NCBI GenBank assembly: GCA_965230905.1
Contig: OZ246396.1
Location: 390,001 to 422,000 of the forward strand
Source of the DNA: Candidatus Saccharimonadota bacterium
GTDB taxonomy: Bacteria; Patescibacteriota; Gracilibacteria; UBA1369; 2-02-FULL-48-14
DNA: 32,000 bases
Reading direction: 5' to 3'
The notes under the pieces were generated by a model that saw only the letters and a list, made by a program, of their open reading frames with translations, was not told where the DNA came from and did not search any database. Both the position numbers and the translations under genes were made by a program. The first letter of the stretch is position 1, and every line of letters begins with the position of its first letter. Below are positions 1-7,026 of the stretch, piece after piece.

Positions 1-215
1 TTATGGTCTTTTTTGGAGCTTTTTATCCTATTTTCCACATATCCAACACCGTAGGGTGGATCCGTTAAGATCAGTTTTACCTTTGAATTATTCAACAGAG
101 TTTCCACCTGCTCTGGGCGAGTTGAGTCCCCACAAAGTAGTAAGTGGCTGCCAAGCTGAAAAATATCCCCTAGTTTAACTGAGTTTTGTGGCCTTTTGGC
201 CTGTGAGTTTTTCAT
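1..215 (-). CDS. DNA methyltransferase (N6-adenine/N4-cytosine family), N-terminal part only; continues beyond the left edge
   Basis: Absent from the ORF track because it has no stop in-window. ATG at 213-215 (reverse strand) opens MKNSQAKRPQNSVKLGDIFQLGSHLLLCGDSTRPEQVETLLNNSKVKLILTDPPYGVGYVENRIKSSKKDH... DPPY is catalytic motif IV. The stretch aligns by eye with WSLGKHRLICGDSTKPETFEKLL...ITADPPFNIGLDYN of the upstream gene. Confidence 0.6.
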   Translation of the reverse strand, partial: MKNSQAKRPQNSVKLGDIFQLGSHLLLCGDSTRPEQVETLLNNSKVKLILTDPPYGVGYVENRIKSSKKDH

Positions 216-1455
216 AGCGTTTGATTATGAGAGAGGAGAAGAGGGGGTCTAGCTCTACGAGGTAGCACGTGCGTTTGAGTTGCTCGGCTGCGATGAGCGT
301 TGATCCAGATCCTCCGAAGAGTTCTAGGACACTGTCTCCGGGCTTCGTGCACCTACGGATGGCTTTCTCGTAGAGCGTGGGTGGCTTTTGTGTGGGATGT
401 TCCATTTCGCTAGCGGGAAGGCGTTTTTCGAGCCAGACACTAAACATGTCCAAAACGTCCCCGTGGAGTCTATTACCCGTGCCCACTTCTTTGTTCATCA
501 CTTCGTTGAAGGCTGTGTGGTACTTGGAAAGGAAAGGATCACCTCGGATGCCATAAATGCAGGGTTCAAAAACCTTGTGGAAGGCTATCTGCGGAGTGCT
601 CATTTGGTTGTTCTTGAGCCAGATACAAACTCGTTTATTCTGGATTCCGATTTTTTCGTAAACGCTTTGCACGAGACCAATGTATTTTTCGTCTGACCAA
701 CAGAAGAAGTGTGCACTCGGAAGACTCGCTTTGAGGCCATTCTGGAGGCAAGTGACTAAGAAATTTTGATACTCTTCGTTGGTTTTATTGTCCTGAACTT
801 TGGTACCTCCATATTTTCCTTTTCCGCCAATGCCTTTGTTGTAGTCTAGGCCTATGTTGAACGGGGGATCCGCCGTGATGAATCCTACTTTTTCACCTAG
901 CAGGAGTTTTTCAAAGGTTTCTGGTTTCGTGGAGTCTCCGCAGATTAGTCTGTGTTTGCCGAGACTCCAGACTTCACCTTCTTTTACAAAGGGTTCTTTG
1001 ATGTTTTTTAGTTCTTCCTCAATATCGAAATTATCATCTTCGGTTTCTAAAACGTCGTCCCATATCTGTTGCAAATCACTGTCATCAAAACCAACATCCA
1101 GAAGCAAGGAGATGTCTAGTTCGCGGAGCAGTTCAAAATCCCAAGTGCCCGTGTTTTTGTTTAAGCGTAGGTTCAGTTCCTTTTCCTTCTCGACGTCTGG
1201 TATACTCAAAAAGACCACTGGGATTTCTTTGAAGCCGATGTCTTTGCAGACTTTTAACCTGAAATGGCCACCAATTACGATGTTTTTTCGATTTGGAGCT
1301 CCGTTCACAATGATTGGATCTATTAAACCAAATCTCTTGATGCTCTCTTTTAGTTCAGCCTCTGCTTTTGCCTCGAACTTCCTTGGGTTATATGGAGCGG
1401 GGTTAAGGTCGTTAACGTCAACTGAAACGATCTTTATATCTGACGAAATTTTCAT
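175..1455 (-). CDS. ParB-like N-terminal domain fused to a beta-class DNA methyltransferase
   Basis: 426 aa. The N-terminus (VDVNDLNPAPYNPRK...IVIGGHFRLKV) resembles a ParB/sulfiredoxin-type domain. DPPF (motif IV) precedes HPTQKP and FGGSGST (motif I), which is the beta-class motif order. Confidence 0.85.
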   Translation of the reverse strand: MKISSDIKIVSVDVNDLNPAPYNPRKFEAKAEAELKESIKRFGLIDPIIVNGAPNRKNIVIGGHFRLKVCKDIGFKEIPVVFLSIPDVEKEKELNLRLNKNTGTWDFELLRELDISLLLDVGFDDSDLQQIWDDVLETEDDNFDIEEELKNIKEPFVKEGEVWSLGKHRLICGDSTKPETFEKLLLGEKVGFITADPPFNIGLDYNKGIGGKGKYGGTKVQDNKTNEEYQNFLVTCLQNGLKASLPSAHFFCWSDEKYIGLVQSVYEKIGIQNKRVCIWLKNNQMSTPQIAFHKVFEPCIYGIRGDPFLSKYHTAFNEVMNKEVGTGNRLHGDVLDMFSVWLEKRLPASEMEHPTQKPPTLYEKAIRRCTKPGDSVLELFGGSGSTLIAAEQLKRTCYLVELDPLFSSLIIKRYEKLTGQKATKLS

Positions 1456-1529
1456 ATTTAAAAATTAGGAATAGCTTCACGCTATAGCTGTCCTAACTTT
1501 TAATATAAGAATTAAGTGTACTGCACTTG

Positions 1530-2282
1530 TTAGCTTCGAGCCTTCCTTTCCAAAGAAAGGATTTTTCCGATGGATCCAACATCTGCATCTAGCCCACATT
1601 CTTTTTTAACTACTTCCATTATTTCTTTCAGGGGACGTTCTCGATTTTGCCAGATCAATTCATTCCTCTTCCGTGTTATCGCCATTTTTCCGCGACTTTT
1701 ACCAATAAGTGACCCTTCTTTCTTATACTTTTCTTGGAGTGGGACTATTTCCGTGGTGTAAATATCTTTCACATAAGCCAAGATATCCCTTTGTGATGCG
1801 TATGGACTTATGAGGAGTCCAACTGGATAAGCAGTGGTCAAGTCGTCGTTTAACTCTTGGCCTAACGAATCTTGTTTTGTCGAGATGTCGGTGATGTAAC
1901 AGACGTTGTGTGAATTTGGTTCTGGAGATATGAATATTTGATTGAAGAATAAATATTGCTCAATGCTGAATGACCAATCTTTACTTGGGATCTGCTGGTT
2001 TCTACAAAAGTCCTTGATAGCATTTTGGATCTCTTTATGTTCAGTATCCCACATTTCGTAAGCCCACTCTGCTGGAGGGGTAGTCCATTTATTTCCATTA
2101 ATTTTGAATCCATTTTGAGGAATTTTATACTTTCCTCTCAACTGTAAAATAAACGTTTGAAACGCTTTCTTTTTAGTGGAATCGTAAAAGGAATTCCACA
2201 TTTTTTTAAAACTTTGTGATTTGTAAAAGGCCTTTGTGTTGCGGTCGAGATGGAATTGTCTGAGGTGTGCTGGGTATGTCAT
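1530..2282 (-). CDS. Hypothetical protein with a possible C-terminal helix-turn-helix
   Basis: 250-aa ORF with an ATG start, co-oriented with the flanking genes. The C-terminal segment RKRNELIWQNRERPLKEIMEVVKKECGLDADVGSIGKILS looks HTH-like. I recognise no catalytic motif. Confidence 0.6.
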   Translation of the reverse strand: MTYPAHLRQFHLDRNTKAFYKSQSFKKMWNSFYDSTKKKAFQTFILQLRGKYKIPQNGFKINGNKWTTPPAEWAYEMWDTEHKEIQNAIKDFCRNQQIPSKDWSFSIEQYLFFNQIFISPEPNSHNVCYITDISTKQDSLGQELNDDLTTAYPVGLLISPYASQRDILAYVKDIYTTEIVPLQEKYKKEGSLIGKSRGKMAITRKRNELIWQNRERPLKEIMEVVKKECGLDADVGSIGKILSLERKARS

Positions 2283-2330
2283 TTTATGATTAGTGCATCC
2301 TTGATAGGCAATTCCGTTTCAAACTTTAAA

Positions 2331-2612
2331 TCAGTTGCGCGGACACTGATTCAAAGATAGGAGATTGTTGTTCCAGTCACCGTCGGCATAAGTTTTCACA
2401 TAAGGGTCTCTTCCAGTTGGGCGCATCACTCCAACATTTGATCTCTTACGACTCACCGGATCTAGCACGTAAAATGTGTTCGTTTTATCTTCAATACTTC
2501 TCATCACCTCATCTCGCGTCCAAAGCCAGTTACTTCCACCGAGGTGAGTGATATGTTCGTGTTGACTCTCTCGGTTGGGTTTGATGATACAGGTTACCTG
2601 AACGTCTGCCAT
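2331..2612 (-). CDS. DUF3892-like small protein
   Basis: 93 aa. The pattern H-x-H-I-T-H-L-GG...W...DEV...I...FYV...V...Y-x-K-T-x-A-D-G-x-W-x-N-N-L-L-S-L-x-x-C matches my recollection of the DUF3892 family. Not verified by search. Confidence 0.55.
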   Translation of the reverse strand: MADVQVTCIIKPNRESQHEHITHLGGSNWLWTRDEVMRSIEDKTNTFYVLDPVSRKRSNVGVMRPTGRDPYVKTYADGDWNNNLLSLNQCPRN

Positions 2613-2623
2613 GGTAAAATTGG

Positions 2624-2800
2624 TTAAGCTTTATTAAGTTTGGTGACCCCTTTGAAAGGGCCTTCGGTCTTCTTGCCGTCCATGAACTTTCCGTCGGGTC
2701 CCATCTTGGTCCAAACGTCAGTCTTTGGATTGTAAACTTGTGCTCGGTCGCGGACGGCCCCCTGTCGCCTTCCATCGCCCTTGGGTGGATTCGTTGCCAT
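2624..2800 (-). CDS. Small basic protein (58 aa), first gene of the minus-strand operon
   Basis: Below the ORF-track size cutoff. ATG at 2798-2800 (rc) and TAA at 2624-2626. Sequence: MATNPPKGDGRRQGAVRDRAQVYNPKTDVWTKMGPDGKFMDGKKTEGPFKGVTKLNKA. It ends 11 nt before the DUF3892-like start and has protein-like composition. Confidence 0.5.
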   Translation of the reverse strand: MATNPPKGDGRRQGAVRDRAQVYNPKTDVWTKMGPDGKFMDGKKTEGPFKGVTKLNKA

Positions 2801-2865
2801 ATTGGAATAGAGTTAATAGTAACGTTCGCTACTGTAGCTGTTGCAGTTGTTTACGTCAACATTAT

Positions 2866-2893
2866 TTGCGAAAAAAAACCAGACTGGTACAAT
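2866..2893 (+). promoter_or_regulatory. Sigma70-like promoter for the XRE/ImmA pair
   Basis: TTGCGA (2866-2871), a 16-nt spacer, then TACAAT (2888-2893), 25 nt before the ATG at 2918. An 11-bp palindrome GCTACTGTAGC lies at 2828-2838 in the same divergent region. Confidence 0.4.
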
Positions 2894-2917
2894 CAGGATG
2901 TTCGTGATCCCGCCTTT

Positions 2918-3310
2918 ATGACAACTACCATTGGAGAGAGGATTAAAACTCGACGTGAATACCTTGAAATGTCCCAGGAAAACCTATCTGAAAAGGCTGG
3001 TGTTTCACGTGCTTACATCAATCAGCTCGAGAACAATCGTTCTCTAAGGCCATCAGCACCTGTGCTTTTTGAAATTGCCAATGCACTGGACGTTACAATG
3101 GGGGATCTACTTGGGAAGGTTGAGAGGACTGGTGAGGAGCCGCTGGAACTCACAACAAGCATGAAAAAAGCCATTGAACTCTTTCCCGAACTTGAGAAAG
3201 TAAAGGATGAAATGCCGAATTGGAGATATCGAGGGAGATATCCCACCAATCCCCAGGACTGGTTTGCAATTTATTCAATACTAAAGCGGGGCAAACGAGA
3301 GGATGACTGA
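2918..3310 (+). CDS. XRE-family helix-turn-helix transcriptional regulator
   Basis: IGERIKTRREYLEMSQENLSEKAGVSRAYINQLENNR is a classic Cro/C1-type HTH. I prefer the ATG at 2918 over the track start at 2738, because 2738-2800 overlaps the 58-aa gene and the promoter region. Confidence 0.8.
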   Translation: MTTTIGERIKTRREYLEMSQENLSEKAGVSRAYINQLENNRSLRPSAPVLFEIANALDVTMGDLLGKVERTGEEPLELTTSMKKAIELFPELEKVKDEMPNWRYRGRYPTNPQDWFAIYSILKRGKREDD

Positions 3311-4133
3311 TCATAAAACCAAGTCAGTACTACAGTTCATGTCGGAGAATAGCTTTAGCGGTGATCCGAAAGTTCTTTTGAAAACGCTGATATTCGCTGA
3401 CTTACAGGAAATTGATTCTCTAGGTGGCATCAACAATGTGAAGGATAGACTGAAATGCCTTGCTTCATTGCGTGGCCTTGCAGAGGCAAATTTCATTGAG
3501 CTTCCAAATGATGAAAGTGGGCATACTGACGGCTCTCAGATAAATATTAACGTTACCCACTCTGAAGCTAGACAACTTTTTACTTGGGCGCATGAAATCA
3601 TTCACTCTTATTTTATCCGTTCGACTGGTGTAAAAGTGGATTGTTTCGGTGACGAATTTCACTCTTCATCTGAAAACGAAGAGGAGGAGTCACTGTGTGA
3701 TTATGGCGCATCACAAATCCTCTTCTATGGACACATTCCAGGAGCTCTTAACATCTCTAGCTTGCTGGAAATAATAAATGCTACGGGGGCCTCCCCAGAG
3801 GCTACTGCACTCTCTATGTTGGATCATTTTGATGATACTCATGGACTGATAATATGGATGCGTAAGTGCAAAAAAGGTGAGAATCCAGATCAAACCTCAT
3901 TATTTGCAGAAGATATCAAACATCCTTTCCGCATTGATTATGCTGTCAGCAAAAATGCCTTTTTACCAAAGAATAAGTCTGTTAATGAGGGTGATGCAGT
4001 CGATCAATGTGAAACAGCTGGCAGTTCTTCTGGCGAAATCATACTCGATCTCAAAGGACACGCAGTAACACTTATGACGGAGAATCTTTCGATAAGTAAC
4101 GGAAGGATCTTGAGCCTATTCAAGTTAGTTTAA
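3303..4133 (+). CDS. ImmA/IrrE-type putative zinc metallopeptidase
   Basis: 276 aa with an HExxH motif (WAHEIIHSYF). Its start overlaps the XRE stop by 8 nt (ATGACTGA). The XRE-peptidase pairing is the canonical ImmR/ImmA arrangement. Confidence 0.6.
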   Translation: MTDHKTKSVLQFMSENSFSGDPKVLLKTLIFADLQEIDSLGGINNVKDRLKCLASLRGLAEANFIELPNDESGHTDGSQININVTHSEARQLFTWAHEIIHSYFIRSTGVKVDCFGDEFHSSSENEEEESLCDYGASQILFYGHIPGALNISSLLEIINATGASPEATALSMLDHFDDTHGLIIWMRKCKKGENPDQTSLFAEDIKHPFRIDYAVSKNAFLPKNKSVNEGDAVDQCETAGSSSGEIILDLKGHAVTLMTENLSISNGRILSLFKLV

Positions 4134-4224
4134 GAGGAGGAGGCTGTGGCGGCGGCGAGCGTAGCCATACGTTCTTTTAAATTTTTGTCTAGTGCTGTAC
4201 TGCGGCGCTCTCCCTTTTTTATAC

Positions 4225-4301
4225 TGTCTCAAGTGTCTCATTTAGCCTGAACTGCCACAATTGTGTCTCACGGCAAGAAACGGTAGGATGAGACTGTCTC
4301 A
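4225..4301. repeat. Five TGTCTCA sites (four direct, one inverted)
   Basis: TGTCTCA occurs at 4225-4231, 4234-4240, 4264-4270 and 4295-4301. TGAGAC at 4289-4294 completes the perfect palindrome TGAGAC-T-GTCTCA (4289-4301). Confidence 0.75.
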
Positions 4302-4449
4302 GGGTACTAGACCCGTATGCTCCGCCAGAGACAAAAGTCGGCACCCCGCAGCGGGTGGCGGATTTTGGCTTTCGTGAGAAAGCGAGGGGATGAGAAACCC
4401 AGGGTTCGTAAGGGAGCAGAGCGACCGTTTAGCGAGTGAAGCGAGCGTC

Positions 4450-4465
4450 ATCCCTCTCTCCGCCA
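4450..4465 (+). other. tRNA-Ser 3'-end-like fragment (candidate att core), not an intact tRNA
   Basis: ATCCCTCTCTCCGCCA reads as T-stem tail + acceptor strand TCTCTCC + discriminator G + CCA. That is how I recall the 3' end of tRNA-Ser(CGA)-type genes (...TCTCTCCGCCA). No cloverleaf can be built upstream. Confidence 0.45.
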
Positions 4466-4467
4466 TT

Positions 4468-5652
4468 TTAGATTTCTAGTTCTGGCATTACCCGTTTCAT
4501 ATATCCCCCAAAAAGAGGCACTGTGAAACTATTGTCGCCATGATCCGGACTATATATCATTCCTTTTCGAATTAAATTGGCTCGAGTTGGCGCTGCGAGT
4601 TGTACCTCTCGTTTTAGAAGGTGAGCGATATCTCCAGATCGGGATGGCTTTTCACCAAGCTCTGCCATCGCACGGAGATATTTTTTTTCTAATGGGGTGA
4701 GTCGGTCAAAACGTACTCTGAAGAAACTAGCATCCAGTTCGGCAATTGCAATTTTACTCGCTTTTTTGGCATCCTCCTCTGTAATTGGAGATGCATCCGC
4801 ACAATTCCAACTGTGCTTCCCCCACTCTTGTAAAAAATATGGATATCCTTTTGTTTGTCGCAAGATTTCTTTTAAAGCATCTTCTTCATAATTCACATCT
4901 TCTTTCTCCGACGGGATGGTCAATGCTTTCTTGGCTGCCTCAGCATCCAAGGGACCAATCTCTGGATATTGAAATAATCTCTCAGCATATGACTTTGCTT
5001 TCCCAGCCTGTCCAACCAATTGAGGTAAACCGGCTCCGATCACCGTAATAGGTAGTCTTTTTTGAGTACATTTATGCAAAGCCATGATTAGCGCAGCGAA
5101 CTCATCTTCGTTGATGTACTGTATTTCATCTATGAAAAGTACAAAGGCGGTTCCTTTTTCACGAGCAGCCATGCCAATTTGTATGAATAATTCAGTAAGA
5201 TCGTTTTCTAAATCCCCTGTATCTGCGATCCCTGTTTCCTGGCCCAAATCCAAGCCAAACTCAATATCTCCGTATTTTACCTTCATGGCACCGACGAAAC
5301 TTCCAAGAGCCTTTAATGCTTTCTTTGCTTTATCGCCCACCGCCGCCAAGTTATCAAGCCTTAACAAGGCTGATCTTAAAGAGGGTGCTAGCAACGCTGG
5401 AAGTGAACGCCTTTCTGGAGTTTCAATAGAGACACTAACAAAACCACTCACTTCAGCATTTTCTGCCAAGTGATTCAAAAGTACTGTTTTACCCACACCT
5501 CGTAGCCCAACCATTAAAAAGCTACGATAAGACAATCCACTTTTACACCGATCTAATTCAATAGATACCTGTTCAATGATCTTATCGCGACCCACAAGTT
5601 CTGGAGGAGGATTACCTGCACCTGGCGCGTATGGGTTTGTTCTTGGATCCAT
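4468..5652 (-). CDS. ORC/Cdc6-like (archaeal-ATPase type) AAA+ ATPase with a C-terminal winged-helix-like domain
   Basis: 394 aa. Walker A is GLRGVGKTVLL and Walker B is FVLFIDEIQYI. The N-terminal NPYAPGAGNPPPELVGRD lead-in is typical of this ATPase family. The C-terminus KKYLRAMAELGEKPSRSGDIAHLL...ANLIRKGMIY looks like a wHTH. Confidence 0.8.
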   Translation of the reverse strand: MDPRTNPYAPGAGNPPPELVGRDKIIEQVSIELDRCKSGLSYRSFLMVGLRGVGKTVLLNHLAENAEVSGFVSVSIETPERRSLPALLAPSLRSALLRLDNLAAVGDKAKKALKALGSFVGAMKVKYGDIEFGLDLGQETGIADTGDLENDLTELFIQIGMAAREKGTAFVLFIDEIQYINEDEFAALIMALHKCTQKRLPITVIGAGLPQLVGQAGKAKSYAERLFQYPEIGPLDAEAAKKALTIPSEKEDVNYEEDALKEILRQTKGYPYFLQEWGKHSWNCADASPITEEDAKKASKIAIAELDASFFRVRFDRLTPLEKKYLRAMAELGEKPSRSGDIAHLLKREVQLAAPTRANLIRKGMIYSPDHGDNSFTVPLFGGYMKRVMPELEI

Positions 5653-5693
5653 TTATACTAAAGTTATCATGGTTTATCAAAAAAGACTAACTT

Positions 5694-5721
5694 AGTATAA
5701 CTTTCATATACTTCTAGTCAA
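5694..5721 (-). promoter_or_regulatory. Sigma70-like promoter for the ATPase gene
   Basis: On the reverse strand: TTGACT (5716-5721), a 16-nt spacer, then TATACT (5694-5699), about 40 nt upstream of the ATG at 5652. Confidence 0.4.
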
Positions 5722-5740
5722 ATTCTTTTGATTGAAACCA

Positions 5741-5814
5741 TTTTCGCAAACACGCTGAACTCTGTATGATTAGCCTCGATGGCGGCTCTAACATTGTCCA
5801 CTACTCTCCGCCAG
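5741..5814. repeat. Intergenic repeat element, long copy (C)
   Basis: Three blocks: TTTTCGCAAACAC (5741-5753), GTCCAC (5796-5801) and CTCTCCGCCAG (5804-5814). The same blocks occur in the same order at 7997-8029. Confidence 0.75.
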
Positions 5815-5821
5815 AACGTAC

Positions 5822-6977
5822 ATGACTAAAACTACAAAAATCGCCGTCGGGCTTGGAACTCTTCTTCTCCTGATCGGAGGACCGCTGGGAACCATTTTTT
5901 TATTGAGGGATTCAGCCTATTTGAATGAAAACACAAGTGCTCACTTGCCCTCGGATCTGGAAATTGAGGATGTGCAGGGAGCGCCCAGTCCACTCAGCTT
6001 GGGTTTTAATAATGCGGAACAAGTGGTGGAAGTCGGAGATGGCAGCACGAATATGGTTTGGGTGAGTGAGGGAGAGCTGCAATTTGTACTGCGTTCTTCG
6101 GATGGAACTGTCACGAGTGCAGTGACTGTGGCGACGGGTGTTCTTTCTTTACCGGCGCTCGCTCGTTCTGGAGACTTGGTGGGTGTGGCGTGGACGGAAC
6201 GCAGTGGCAGGAGCACTACGGTGAAAGGAGTGGTGTCTCATGACAGAGGTGAAAGTTTTGGAGAAACAGTGGCTTTGGGAAACGGCTCGGGTGCTTCGCT
6301 CGCGGCTTCGGGTAAAAACTTAGTGGCCGTTTGGCACGACGACACAAATGAAACCGCCACTCAAATCATGCTCAGTCGATACGAGGGATCGAGCTGGGAA
6401 GAGCCCTCACGAGTGGATGAGTCGGACGCTGCTCCTTTGTGGGCTTCGGTGGACATGGAAGGAGAGGATGTTTACGTCGCCTGGCGCGACGATCGTGAAG
6501 AGAAGTACAGCGTGTGGCTGCGCCGTTTTGTGGACGGCGAATGGCAAGACGAGCAACACTTGGCCACAACGATGACAGGAGATCCCGATGTGTGTGAAGG
6601 GAGAATTAGTGGCCGTGGCTCACCATGGAATGGGGAAAATCAGTCTTTTAGAGTCGACGGATGGAGGTGTGAGTTTTTCGGATCCCATCGGCATTGGAAA
6701 CGGGTTTTTTGCTCACCTCAGTTGCACGAAAGAGGCTGTGGCCGTGGCGTGGGAATCCACGACGGGCAATCATAAATCGGATGGCAAAGAAACCGGATGG
6801 GTGGTCTACGACTGGACCGGCACGCAAATTGATGGAGGAAGTTTGGACGACGGAAGCAGTGCCGCCGGGACGGTGCACCTTTATTCGGGTGCCGCATTTG
6901 TCGAACTCCTTTGGGTGAAAGTGGCGGCAGAGCCCTTGGTGGGAACCCTGCGTCATCAAATTTTGGGTCTTGAATGA
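5822..6977 (+). pseudogene. Membrane-anchored BNR/sialidase-like beta-propeller protein, interrupted by a frameshift at a (TG)4 tract
   Basis: ORFs 5822..6775 and 6588..6977 carry the same repeating blade pattern: GDLVGVAW, KNLVAVWHDD, EDVYVAWRDD, then GELVAVAHH and EAVAVAWES. Asp-box motifs are SHDRGESF and STDGGVSF. Restoring one TG unit at 6589-6596 joins them as ...GDPDVCVKGELVAVAHH... Confidence 0.7.
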
Positions 6978-7026
6978 GAGGTTATTGAGAGGACAGTAAA
7001 AATTGTTAAACTCAACGAAGCTCCCT

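Larger units (their letters stand above)
1..4465. mobile_element. Putative distal (right) end of an integrative element / prophage-like island; left boundary outside the window
   Basis: Gene content is orphan methyltransferases plus an XRE/ImmA switch. Composition is more AT-rich than the backbone. The region ends in clustered short repeats and a tRNA-Ser 3'-end-like fragment. No integrase is present in-window. Confidence 0.4.

Noticed and set aside
854-1468. 204-aa Ser-rich ORF on the plus strand
   Set aside because: Antisense to the ParB-methyltransferase gene. Low-complexity Ser/Phe/Lys composition.
2738-2917. N-terminal 60-aa extension of the XRE ORF given in the track
   Set aside because: It overlaps the 58-aa reverse-strand gene and the predicted promoter. 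The sequence is hydrophobic and atypical for an XRE protein. The ATG at 2918 directly precedes the HTH.
4357-4465. Possible complete tRNA (or tmRNA-like) gene ending in ...TCTCTCCGCCA
   Set aside because: The GGCGGA/TCCGCC closing helix spans ~108 nt, too long for a tRNA. I find no T-loop (GTTCRANYC) in register, no D-arm and no GGAGAGA 5' acceptor half. I kept only the 3' fragment interpretation.
4299-4466. 55-aa ORF starting 1 nt after the ATPase stop on the reverse strand
   Set aside because: The translation (MAERGMTLASLAKRSLCSLTNPGFLIPSLSHESQNPPPAAGCRLLSLAEHTGLVP) is not protein-like. The ORF runs through the repeat and hairpin region and is most likely fortuitous.
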